Positions 1 to 11,488 of a DNA stretch of 64,000 nucleotides are shown here, piece after piece (positions within the stretch are counted from its first letter, which is position 1; every line of letters begins with the position of its first letter). The notes beneath the pieces are model-generated. The model saw nothing but the letters and a program-made list of their open reading frames with translations, searched no databases and had not been told where the DNA came from. The position numbers and the translations under genes are program-made. The stretch lies in contig NW_025964112.1 in assembly GCF_023055435.1 (NCBI RefSeq), positions 14,136,001 through 14,200,000 on the forward strand, written 5' to 3'. This DNA comes from Haliotis rufescens. Its lineage: Eukaryota.

Positions 1-404
1 TCAGCACTAAACCAACCTAAGAAGTTGTACATATAAAACTCAACACATGACAACTATTGACTTTCTAAAATGTGGGCCAACCTGCTGTCATCTCTATTCA
101 GAAAGTTCAGTGGACCAACATTTGTTGAAAGCTAATAATCACAATGTTATTAATTTCATTGGCAAGCACCTTTTTTAATTATCTGAAAGTTATGGATGGA
201 AAGATAAGTGTATAATATATTCAAACATTTAATTAAGACTACGGTTTGCCTTAGGGGTTAGATGGCCAATTAATAGTTGCACCAACGACAACGTACTACG
301 TGATTGACGCTTTCTTTCGCAACGAAAATAACGGTAATAGTTTCCGATTGAAATTAGAGTGACCTCACTTTCCCAATATGAATCATTGATAAAGTGGTTT
401 TGAC

Positions 405-760
405 GTTCACCTGAAGCGGTATGATGTACTTTTTGACTGCAAAATGCAAGATGTTGGCTTCTAGTTTCATGGGCGATGGATTGGTTTGTTATCATCTGTT
501 AGTTCACCTGGAGCGGTATGATGTACTTTTTGACTGCAAAATACAAGATGTCGGCTTCTAGTTTCATGGGCGATGGATTGATTTGTTATCATCTGTTAGT
601 TCACCTGAAGCGGTATGATGTACTTTTTGACTGCAAAATGCAAGATGTCAGCTTCTAGTTTCAATATTGTTTTATTATCATCTGTTTGTTCACGTGAATT
701 TGTCTGATGTAGGTTTTGACTGCAAAATGCAAGATGTCAGCCTCTAGTTTCATGGGTGAT
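405..760. repeat. Tandem repeat, 97-bp unit, ~3.7 copies
   Basis: GTTCACCTGAAGCGGTATGATGTACTTTTTGACTGCAAAATGCAAGATG... restarts at 405, 502, 599 and, diverged, at 688. Confidence 0.9.
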
Positions 761-1765
761 TAATTGAGCAGGACAGAAACTAACAAATGTGCATGTGGAT
801 TTCCCAAAAGTGGTAAACGTCAAAGACCTCCAGAGCGATATAGAATAATTTTTTAATTTGACGTTTACACGAATAATTTTTTAATTTGACGTTTACACGA
901 TATACGGCTTTTCCATTGGACGAGAGGTGGTCACATGACCGCGAAATTGACGTTCATAAGTGTATGAACTACACAATTTTACGTTCATACGTTTTTTACG
1001 AGACAGTGTTCTTGAAATGACGTAAACACTGACAGACTACTTCCACATTCCTGGGGAAACCCCTGGGAATTCCCTAGCATGAAAATATACATAAGCATTA
1101 TTTCTGATCATTTAGAACCTTTAATCTTGGTCTCAGCATTTCAGTATACATTGGGAAACGTAAGAGAGCTTGACTGCATGATTGTTCACGAATTTCCTCG
1201 CTACGGCCCATCCTAATGAACAAACGAAAAAATGCACATCCAAACTATCGTCAGTATCGATTCGATCTGTGTCTAGGCTGACAGTGACCGTCTCCAGCAA
1301 TCTACGAATTTACCTTGGTGTCTGTTTGATGCATCTTTAATCACCTTTTAATAATCGGTCAGTTGATCAATGATGACTAACACATGTAACCGCAACAGGT
1401 TCATTCACAACTTCGGAAATCCTCCCGTCACGTTTATCGTGTCGGCCATTTTGACGTCTTGTACTTGATGTAAATGTATTACGACGCGCTGTCATTGTGA
1501 CTGACTTATTGAGGTAGTTCATTACAGACCTTTCTCATCTAATGGGAATATTATATGAACACATGTGTTGCGTAAGATGTTTCTGAAGAGCAAGTTCTGC
1601 ATCCCTTCGCTCATGTCACCTCTCTTTTTGGGGAACTATTTTATTCCGCGATATAGCTGGTTGTTGTTTGGCTGTCAGTGTAAACATGAAATCCCACTAC
1701 TAAATAAAATTGTGTTTAGATCTTTGCCTACATCCTTTGAGGTAAGAAATTGTGATAAAAAATTA

Positions 1766-1935
1766 TAAGAATTGACTTTCACTTTGTGTGAGTTCATTGA
1801 AGTATGAACCTTCATAGAGTGAGGGCCAAACATTGTATTAACGTCGTCGCAAGCACCGACGTGCATACAGTTTGGCCCTCACTCTATGAAGGTTCATACT
1901 CCAATGAACTCACACAAAGTGAAGGTCAATTCTTA
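1766..1935. mobile_element. Fold-back palindromic element (MITE-like), TAAGAAT...ATTCTTA termini
   Basis: 66-bp arms 1766-1831 and 1870-1935 are reverse complements with 2 mismatches; the spacer has a further ACGTCG/CGACGT stem. Confidence 0.75.
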
Positions 1936-2430
1936 AGTGTATAGCTTTCGACAAGAGTTCATTTTGAAACACTAAATTTGCTAATAAGAAGTATTTAATT
2001 AAGAATACTGATACCAGCAACAATTCTTTTTTGAACCAATATTGACTGTTTGCGATTTCTACTGCCAACAGCTAATATAAGGTTACAGTCAACGAAGTTG
2101 GGAGCAATGCTTTGATGTTGTAGACTTCAAGTTACTGCATTCTTTACACAGTAATTACCAGTTTCCTATTGTCATGGAGCCAAATGTCATGTACCAAATA
2201 CCTGCATGCTATATATAAAAAAAGGAATATCACCGTGTGATTAAACATTGCACACAAGGCAGCTAGACACCATCTGATTAATGGTGTAATTCTAAGAAGT
2301 TAAAACAATTCGTTGTCAGATACTTCGACTATCATGAATATCTCTTGTGGTTTTTTAACCATTGCCAGCAGTAATAGTAGAGTTATCTTCTCCTGATTCT
2401 GATAGATTACCATACATATGATACTGATAA

Positions 2431-2801
2431 TAGGGCTGGGATGAGTCCAAATTTACTTCCCACCCCCTATTGCCCGACCCTACCCTCAAGAGATACAAAA
2501 TGTCCGATTGGGAATTTTTCTTTTTACCACAGCACTTGCAAAACATATTTAGATACATGTATTAAACGATCTGGTCATGCATACACTGAAGTTGACTTAA
2601 GTTATATCTTTATTCAACTATATGAAAAGTCAGAAGGAATGGGTGCAAAGAAATGCGAACATTAGTGTAGAGATCTAGATAATTTTTCTCATTAAACTAT
2701 ATATCACATGACTAACCACGGGTCCGGGTAGTCCTGTGGGTACCCGTGTCCTACTCAGTACCCACCCGACCTGGGTACCCGAGGTACCCATCCCATCCCT
2801 A
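2431..2801 (+). mobile_element. hAT-type MITE, family D copy 1
   Basis: TIRs TAGGGCTGGGATG / CATCCCATCCCTA; perfect 8-bp TSD ACTGATAA (2423-2430, 2802-2809); GGGTACCC-type subterminal motifs. Confidence 0.9.
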
Positions 2802-2921
2802 ACTGATAATATGAAAAAGAGACTCAATTTTTGACATAATATATTTAGATCATCACATTTCTTATGTGAAGCCATTTTTGATAATTGGTGCTTTCTGTCC
2901 ATGGGGTTTATCAGAATTGCA

Positions 2922-3200
2922 GGGGGGGCTAGGACGGCCCAGTCGTCTGAGGCGCCTCGATTTACTGTGCAGAGTTGCGTCCCTTGGGCACGCCAGAAAC
3001 CTATGCTTGTGGGTTCGAATCCCTTTTGCCCCGATTATGTTTCCAGATTTGTCAGCACCATACCCGTGCTCGTGGGTTTCACCAAAGTGGTAAACGTCTG
3101 AGACCTGCATCACTTCGGGCTTTCCTCCCACATTAAGCTGACACGCCGTGATATAACTGGAACACTGTTAAAAGCAGCGTTAATCCCAACTCACTCACTC
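2922..3200 (+). mobile_element. SINE family C (expanded tRNA-Leu/Ser-like head, (ACTC)n tail)
   Basis: GGCCCAGTCGTCTGAGGCG A-box region, GGTTCGAATCCC B box, body shared with copies at 24845, 35204, 46572, 48550 and 61694. Confidence 0.9.
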
Positions 3201-3489
3201 CAGATGTATTTTGGCTTGCCACTGAATTCGGCTTGCCCATTTGATGATATTGATTGTTTCCGGTGTCACTGTTTGACAAGCTTACACGCATAGATTGAGG
3301 CGACGCAAAGTATTATTTACATACATACTGACATCAATACTTGTAACAAGATGTGATACATCACACTCAGACAGCAGTGTTGGGCTTGTTATCGTTACTT
3401 GGTAATGTGACAGTTATAAATGTGACACCTTGACTCCCTGTCTCATGTGTACAATACAACTCTCCACCACTATCCCCTTCTTAGCTTCT

Positions 3490-3677
3490 TGATGTGGGAG
3501 GAAAGCCCCAAATGATGCAGGTCTCAGACCTTTATCACATTGGTGAAACCCATGAGCACGGGTATGGTGCTGACAAACGTAATCGTGTCAATCAAGGATT
3601 TGAATCCCAAATCATAGGTTTCTTGCTTGCCCAAGTGACGCATCTCTGTACAGACAATTGTTCTGGCCAAGACTGGG
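3490..3677 (-). mobile_element. SINE family C, degenerate; head interrupted by a DNA element
   Basis: GTGGGAGGAAAGCCC...GCAGGTCTCAGAC...GAGCACGGGTATGGTGCTGACAAAC matches the reverse complement of family C. Confidence 0.8.
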
Positions 3678-3837
3678 TATGGGCGGATACAGAGGGGGGG
3701 GGGGGGGGGGTGCGGGGGTGCGCCCCCCCCTTCTTATTTCTAAAAAAATATTTCTTTCTTTATAAATTACCACCAAAGACAATGAATAGATCTTCATTGT
3801 GCACCCCCCCTTTTCAAAAAAGCTGTATCCGCCCATG
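3678..3837. mobile_element. Small TIR element (MITE)
   Basis: TIRs (T)ATGGGCGGATACAG / CTGTATCCGCCCATG; internal poly-G/poly-C; CTGGG duplicated at 3673-3677 and 3838-3842. Confidence 0.75.
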
Positions 3838-5393
3838 CTGGGGTCACTGTTATATCGTGGGATATTTCTGACTGCAGTGTAAAACAAACTCACAACCGCA
3901 AACAAATTATATACAACCAATCCCCATAAAAAATACAAACTTATGCAGCTGGACAGGGCAACTTTTACAATATCTCAATCGGTATAAGGTTTCTGTGTCA
4001 CTATAAAGAACTTGGCAATGTATACCAATGAAAGCAATTTCAAACTCACTTGATTTTAACTCTTCTCTCCGTCCCATACTAATACTGTAGATTGTGGGAA
4101 GGTATCAACTCCGGGGAATGTGGATCAGGACGACAGAATATACTCAAGGCAAGCATGTGGTGTGTTCTTGGTGGATGTTAAGTATATGAAGCATACATAA
4201 AATCTTGCTCCTCTTTCCACAGCCATTCCACCAAAATATTAATCCAATACTTTAACATAGGCTTGCAACAGTTTGTGGAACAGGTACCCCTCCCTATACA
4301 AGTTGGATAGAAAGGTTCCATGTCACTGACTGCTGATTCAGAAATATATAGCACAGCCAGACTTTCTTATAAAAGTTCACCAAGTTCAGTAAAGCTCATT
4401 TGCCCCAAGGACTTGTTGGATCTGGAGTACCACACTCTCCATGATGGTGGTGTGCAGATTTATGTATTGATCTGACAAATAAGTATTGGTCTGGTCTGGT
4501 TCAAATTCATTAATACTGCACATAAGGATGGGATTTTGTGTAGACTGTATGTGTAGACAGTATTTCTCATGACGTTTTGTTAAAAACAATTAGGTCATTG
4601 ATGACAATCTCAACTTCCCCCTTTGAGCTAAGAATAGACTAACACTTAGTCAATGAGACTAACACTAAGTCAATGAAAACATTTCTTTAAAATAATTGTT
4701 TTTGTTTTTCTTCAAAAGAACCTTTCCTCTTCTGCTGTTTTCATATGTGGAAACAATCAGACTAGACTTGGTTAGTTTGATCTAAACTTGCCAAGGCTTA
4801 TAGATAAAACAAATATCTTAAAAATATAAATCCCACAGTCATGGCGCAGGACTAGGCTTAGAACTGCCTTCAAGCTTTGGATGATGATTTTAAAAATACA
4901 GAGAATAAGGACCCAAAGTCGGCTGGTAGACATGTTGGTAGACTGAAAAATATGGAGAAATAAGCTTCACTGTCAGTACATTTGAAACAGCGTGCATACA
5001 AATTCAACACATGTCAGAATCAAATGTTGAGATGTGTTTGTGTGCATTGTTTCCAACTGCGTATTGGGTAGACAAGGCTGGGGACCCATGACAGCGTATC
5101 ATTTTACTGTGTCTGAAACTAAGTGTTCATTTCCATCAGTATATAAGTACATGTGTAAGTTAAAGTTACATACAGATCTACAGAATCATGGTGTGTACTG
5201 TTGTCTGGATGATAAGGATGAATAAGGTCCCTATTCAGGATTGTACACACCATTACAAACACCAGTTGAACTTGGTAGCCAGTCTGGGCATGGGTGTCCA
5301 TGACGACTTGAGACACAACTGGGTATGCAGAGTTGTGTCCCTTCTCTGTCCATGGCAGGTGAGCATCCTGATTCACTCTGATAATGTCTCTGT

Positions 5394-5804
5394 TAGGCCT
5401 GGGACGAGTCCAAATTTACTACCCGGGTACCCACCCCCCTATTACCCGACCCTTCCCGGGTACCCACTGTAGGTCTCAAGAGATAGGTAAAACATGTCCG
5501 ATTGAGAAAGTTTGACGGTACTCCTGTCAAAATAAATATAGATACAGGTATAATCAGATCTTGTCATACATACACTGACGTTGACTGATGTTTTATCATT
5601 ATGGAAACATATAAAGTCAGAAGGAATGTGTGCAAAGTCAAAGAACATTTATCACTTATAGTGTAACCATAGAGTTCTAGATATTTTTTGCCATTAACAA
5701 ATATAATCACGTGACTAACCACGGATCCGGGTAGTCCTGTGGGTACCCGGGTCCTACTCAGTACCCACCTGACCCGGGTACCCGAGTTACCTGTCCCAGC
5801 CCTA
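5394..5804 (+). mobile_element. hAT-type MITE, family D copy 2
   Basis: TAGGCCTGGGACG...CTGTCCCAGCCCTA; TSD GTCTCTGT/GTCTCTCT (7/8); colinear with 2431-2801. Confidence 0.9.
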
Positions 5805-6130
5805 GTCTCTCTGTCATTTTAAATGTTGCCCCGACATTCAGCTGACAGGCTTTGATATAGCAGAAGTTATGTTACCACTGTGTTCATTGACAATATGCTC
5901 ACTCGCTCTATACACAGGCAGTTCAATACAGAGACTCAACTGTAGAACACATTACTTTAGAACACAGAAGTAGGTTTGTAGTTTTCAATATTGATTGAAA
6001 TCAGGCGGCATAGAATGACCTATTCTTCTTGTTAAGATATGATGAACATTTTTCAGTTATTATTTTACATGAAACTACTATATGACCAATATCTGTCTGT
6101 GTTTAGTGATTATATTAAGAATATGTATTT

Positions 6131-6374
6131 TGTTTGTTTATTTGTTGTTTAATGCTGCATTCAGCAATATTCCAGCTATATGATGGCGGTCTGTAAATAA
6201 TCGAGTCTGGACCAGACAATCCAGTGATTGACATCATGAGCATCGATCCATGAAATTAGGATCAATGACATGCATCAACCAAGTCAGCAAACCTGACCAC
6301 CTGATTCCGTTAGTTGCCTCTTACGACAAGCATAGTCGCCTTGTACGGCAGGCATGGGTTACTGAAGACCTATT
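6131..6374 (-). mobile_element. Retroposon family B (no tRNA head; (AAAC)n tail), slightly 5'-truncated
   Basis: Reverse complement of the 37398-37675 copy, including GCTTGTCGTAAGAGGC and the CAGCAATATTCCAGCTATA tail. Confidence 0.85.
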
Positions 6375-6722
6375 ACTTACACTAACCCTGCAGCAGATCA
6401 GTTGAAGATACATGTAAGGCTGTTTGCAATTGCTAGCACCTTAATGCAAGGTTATCGGTTTCACCCAAGTGGTAAACTTTGATTGTCACTTTGAGCTTTC
6501 CGGACACATTAACATGATTATTTATGTGTAAAACCAGTTAACCCATGACACCTTTGTTTCAAACCAGGTATTAACTACATTTGGAATGATGGAAGGTCAC
6601 TTGTTTTCAACCATTTAATTTGCTGATGTAACAATTTGACGAACATGTCACCAGCAGGATTCAAACCTACAACTCAATACCGTATGTTTTCTTCTACAAA
6701 TAAATGAATCACTTGATTGTCT

Positions 6723-6790
6723 GACTGCCGTCATATAGCTGGAATATTGCTGAGTGCGGCGCTAAACAATAAAGAAACAAAGAAATGAAA
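6723..6790 (+). mobile_element. Family B 3' tail fragment
   Basis: GCCGTCATATAGCTGGAATATTGCTGAGTGCGGCGCTAAACAA. Confidence 0.75.
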
Positions 6791-7221
6791 AGACAGAAAC
6801 AATTAAGCACTCCTTCCTTGATCATGGGCAAGTAATGTGTATGTGATTGATAAATGTGTTTTTGTTGGTACTATGTCATTGTATTCTTGACTAAGACCAT
6901 GCATGTCATAACCGGAATTGCCGAAGAGCAGGGCGAACATGCATAGTACTTTTTTCTTGAACAGAGCAAAGTACTTTTTTCTTGAACAGAGCAAAGTCCC
7001 ATCAATATGGGCAAATAATGTGTAGGTGATTGATAAATGTGTTTTGGTTGGTCTTGTGTGAAGTTTTCTTCATAAAGAACGTGCACAATATAACAGCAGG
7101 TGTACCTGAGAAAGGCCGGGGCGACTCACACAATGTTCAAACAGTTAATCATGGAGTATACATTAAATATGGTCATAGGTTCTTAGCCATAGCTGATATA
7201 GGTTATACCACCTGGACCTGG

Positions 7222-7402
7222 TGTAAGCAAGGATTATATCCTACCTAAATATTATCCCAGGGGAAGTTTTACTCTAGAGTATAGTATAGGACAGGATTAA
7301 ACACACTAGTATGGGTTCAAATTCACTGGATAGAATCATCCTGACACTAGAGAATTTCATCCCCGGGATAAAAAATAGGATAGGATAATATTCACTCTTA
7401 CA
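7222..7402. mobile_element. Degenerate inverted-repeat element (MITE-like)
   Basis: TGTAAG...ATCCTACC...TTATCCCAGGGG is an imperfect reverse complement of CCCCGGGATAA...TAGGATAGGATAAT...CTTACA. Confidence 0.45.
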
Positions 7403-7929
7403 TAATCACTAAATGAACTCTTTCAGCATTGACACATTTAGACTAACCTGTCCTAACCCAGGTGCACTACAGTGTCATCAATCAACACACATTGATCTAC
7501 ATGTACATACACCATGCTTCTTCATGCATAACCTTTGAAATGTTCAATTCAGCTTCAGTGACACTTGTCAATAGAAACATAATGCCACACATGTAATTTT
7601 ATAGCATGCATCTGCTGCTTTGGTGTGTGCATACAAATGTTGGTACATTTGAATCAATATTGCAGGTATATATATAATGACATGTATTGAATAGTTATTT
7701 TTGTTATGTAAACAACTGAAATGGGTTCATTATCAGGTTGTCTATTGCTCTGTGAATGTGCCATTGAAGTTTGTTATTGATCGGGAAACATGCAAGGGGA
7801 GGTAACTCTGTTGAACATACTGTAGCGCCAAAGTGTCTGAAGCTGTCAATGACAAGCGCCTTAGGTTTAAATCAGCTGAATTTGATGATTGAAATATTTT
7901 AGTTTTCTTGTAAGGAAAACTGTATCTTA

Positions 7930-8383
7930 GGGACCAGTTCAAAAGTTCGATGTCAGATAAAAATCTTAATTCCTTAAGTTTCAGGGAGGGGGAATTAATG
8001 GCCCTGTACATTTTCCATCGTACAAAATCAACTTACCTAAATTCTCAGTATGTTATATAGTAACTGAACTAAACCGATCCTATTTTCGTTCATACATTCA
8101 TACATTCAGAGGTAGGGTTTTATCATTGCCAGCAATAGTCCATTTAGTGCGGTGCGTAATATATGATGACATATTTGATCTATATGAACCCACAACGCCC
8201 AGTAAATAAACTTCATTTGATAAACACTCCAAGAAAAAACAGGGCAAATCACGAGAATGAGTGACAAAATATTCCACTGAACTTGGAAATTCTATAGTAT
8301 CAGAATTACGTTATGGGAGGGGGATGTCTCAAAACTTAAAGAATTAAGTTTTTTATCTGACATCTAGCTTTTCAACTGGTCCC
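7930..8383. mobile_element. PIF/Harbinger (Tourist-like) MITE
   Basis: ~50-bp imperfect TIRs starting GGGACCAGTT; TTA on both sides (7927-7929, 8384-8386), the TWA TSD typical of PIF/Harbinger. Confidence 0.85.
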
Positions 8384-8503
8384 TTAGTCTGTTTCAAAAC
8401 ATAAAGCATTAATAATTTTTTTATCTAAACCCGATGACCCTTGCTAGTTTAAGGCATTAGGTTTTATATACTGATATTGGATGAAATGATATGTAAAATA
8501 GAG

Positions 8504-8627
8504 GTGCTGGCACAGCCTTGTGGTTAAAGCATTCGCTCGTTGTGGGTTTGGTAACCCATTTCTGGTGTCTCCCTGCAGTAGTATTGCAGGAATATTGCTT
8601 AAATCAGTGTAAAACCTCACTCACTCA
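8504..8627 (+). mobile_element. SINE family A, degenerate and internally deleted
   Basis: AGCCTTGTGGTTAAAGCATTCGCTCG...CCCATTTCTGGTGTC...GGAATATTGCT...CTCACTCACTCA. Confidence 0.75.
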
Positions 8628-8784
8628 TATATTTATATAACCATGACCATTATATTAATTTGTTGCTGCAGGCTATTAGTTGTGTTCATTTGTATAGGCT
8701 GCATACAGTAAAAATAGAAACTGCCCTTGTAAAGCCCGTTGAAATGTGGACTTTCTCTCAGCACCAACCCACTGACTAAGTTGG

Positions 8785-8976
8785 TTGGTTGGTTCTTTGT
8801 TGTTTAATGCCGCACTCAGCAATATTCCAGCTATATGACAGCAGTCTGTAAATAATCGAGTCTGGACCAGACAATCAAGTGATTGATATTATGAGCATTG
8901 ATCCACGCAACTGGGATCGATGACATGCATCAACCAAGTCAGCGAGCCTGACCACCTGATCCCGTTAGTCGCCTCT
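8785..8976 (-). mobile_element. Retroposon family B, 5'-truncated
   Basis: 12-bp TSD TGACTAAGTTGG (8773-8784, 8977-8988); body matches the 37398 copy. Confidence 0.9.
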
Positions 8977-9065
8977 TGACTAAGTTGGGCTTTGCTCCAC
9001 TATGAGCATGTGAGAGGAGGGCCTCAAATTACATTGGCCAGACACTTTTGTTCAACCTTGAGCCA

Positions 9066-9240
9066 GGGGCGGTTGGGTAGCCTTTTGGTTAAAGCGTTTG
9101 CTCGTCATGCCGAAGACCGGGGTTTGATTCCTGACATGGGTACAATGTGTGAAGCCCATTTCTGGTGTCCCGGACCCCACCGTGATATTGCTGGAATATT
9201 GCTAAAAGGGGTGTAAAACCTCACTCACTCAGCCACCCAC
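9066..9240 (+). mobile_element. SINE family A (tRNA-Asp-like head, (ACTC)n tail)
   Basis: A/B-box head; TSD TCAACCTTGAGCCA (9052-9065, 9241-9254). Confidence 0.9.
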
Positions 9241-9784
9241 TCAACCTTGAGCCAGGGTGTGGTGTGGACAGTCCAGATAATCAGGGAAACGCAAATGGAT
9301 CCACAACCAGCAGGTCTTGTCTGATCATGTCTGTCTGTTGCAGCAACATAAACTACATGGAATGGCCTATCATGCCTGTGTTTAAGTGCTCTAACAAAGT
9401 CAGACTATTATTTTTTCTTGTTTTAAATACCAGCCTTCACAAAATTTTGCATTTTGTGAAAATTCAAACAATGCGATGTTTGTCTGAAAATGCATGCATA
9501 TCTACATGTAGTCATGTCTCAGGATGTGTGCATGGATAGAATTCTTTGCCTTTTGCACACCCCGGTTCATTCATGATATGCAGGAGCAGATATTGCATTT
9601 AGGAAGAGGAGGGGTGCATTTGTGATTTGGCAATTTCTATTTAGTAATCGTGAATTTTGTTGAAAATATATCATCAAATGAGTTCCTTATAGTATTGTAA
9701 TACTTTATTATTGGTGTACCTGATAAAATTAATATTGTCTGAATGTGTGAGTGTTTAGTATGCTTCAAGAATGAGGGTGCCACC

Positions 9785-9981
9785 TAGGGCTGGGACGGGT
9801 AACTCGGGTACTCGGGTCGGGTGGGTACTGAGTAGTATCCGGGGACCCACAGGACTACCCGGACCCGTGGTTAATTACGTGATACATTGTTTAATGACAA
9901 AAAGTATCTAGAACTCGGGTAGGGTCGGGTAATAGGGGGGATGGGTACCCGGGTTGTAAATTTGGACTCGTCCCCGCCCTA
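9785..9981 (-). mobile_element. hAT-type MITE, family D copy 3 (internally deleted)
   Basis: TAGGGCTGGGACG...CGTCCCCGCCCTA; perfect 8-bp TSD GTGCCACC (9777-9784, 9982-9989). Confidence 0.9.
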
Positions 9982-10337
9982 GTGCCACCCCTGCACCCCC
10001 GCCATTGTATCCATGTATATGGCCATGAGAAGTTCACTGCATGTGTGTAGCGGGGGACAGGTGTGTTCACGAATATAGACAGGTGCATCCTGTTGGGTGT
10101 GCAAGTCCTGATGGGTGGATGTATTGATAAGTCTGTGTGTGTGTGTGTGGAAGATGATGTGGTATACGATCACATTTCCTCCACGTGTGGGCGTTGCTAT
10201 AGACTTCAGTCGCTGCACACTCACCTGACATTTGGATGACGTGCACAAGGAAATGCCACTGACTGTCACTGTGTGGCAGTAGATCAAGTTTCATTCCTAC
10301 TGCTAGGTTGATGTCAACCATACTACATGTGGAGGGG

Positions 10338-10537
10338 TAGACTAACATCTTCTCTCTGATATGAACATATCATACAGAAAAAAACAGTTGTTCAATTATC
10401 TTAATAAAAATATAATAAAAAGGAGCCCAGAGACTCTCTTCATGTTCAGATACTGCAGTAATGTAGACTTGCCAAACATTATAGACTTGCATGGGCTGTA
10501 TTTGATATATTTGTATCAGGGTCTGTAAGACAGACAA
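10338..10537 (+). mobile_element. Non-autonomous DNA transposon with 9-bp TSD (Academ/AcademH-like), copy 1
   Basis: Highly similar to 56912-57110; TAGACT...AGACAA ends; TSD GTGGAGGGG/GTGGACGGG. Confidence 0.75.
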
Positions 10538-11318
10538 GTGGACGGGCACTCACAGTCTTCAACATGGCCACATGAGGATTGAACCAGTGAATTTGAATAG
10601 GGCGGGGCCTGTTAGTTGGGTCCCAATTACTCTTTTTTGCAATAATATATTTTCATACATATCAAATGTTCTGCGTATGGGGTAATTTGTAGTCCACAAT
10701 ACAAGGGGGTAGAATAGGCCAATACCCTAAGCCAATGTTCTCTGAAGCATTTTTCATGAACATACCAGTCAACAAAAAGTTATCAAAAGAAATCTGCAGC
10801 TGAATATCTTTTCAGTCCCGTGATTTTATACTCAATGTTAATGACTAAAGTGGAAGAAATATCTTGCATACCTTTAATAAAACTCATCATCTGTACCTAG
10901 TTATTCATGTTTTTGTGAAAAAATAATTGCATATGATATTTTGTAGAGGGATGGACGTAGTAACGGAGGGTCTGCACCCTCTTTATCACCATGTGGATTC
11001 ATGCAATACTGGACTGCCTAAATTGTTTTTCAGCAGATAAGTGCACCCCTTTTGAATGTGTCCATGATTGTTGACTAAAACCACTCATCATATTTAGACT
11101 AATGCTTTGTCTCTGAAAATATATTATTTTGATAGAACCAAATTCCATTTATCATTTTGTAATTGAAAAGGAGCCCTAGTGAGATGGGAGATTCAGAACC
11201 TGAACCTGTGTCAAATCTGGACTTGCTTCATGTAGGGCTTTAGCATTACAGGGAGGACTGGGCGAAAGGAAAAAATAATATGGTTCAGTGTCTGTGAGAT
11301 AGGGACATCATATGATAA

Positions 11319-11488
11319 GGGGGACGGTCGGTTAGCCTTGTGGTTAAAGCCTTCGCTCATCACGCCGAAGATCCGGGTTCGATTCCCGACATGTATACAA
11401 TGTGTGAAGCCCATTTCTGGTGTCCCCCGCCGTGATATTGCTGGAATATTGCTAAAAGCGGCGTAAAACCATACTCACTCACTCACTC
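11319..11488 (+). mobile_element. SINE family A
   Basis: Full head TAGCCTTGTGG...GGTTCGATTCCC; TSD TCATATGATAAGG. Confidence 0.92.

Noticed and set aside
2862-3131. Recurrent short ORF GGKPEVMQVSDVYHFGETHEHGYGADK (also at 3494, 24903, 48554)
   Set aside because: Antisense translation of SINE family C, not a gene family.
4020-4950. Possible decayed transposase or other coding remnant on the minus strand
   Set aside because: No recognisable motif in any frame.
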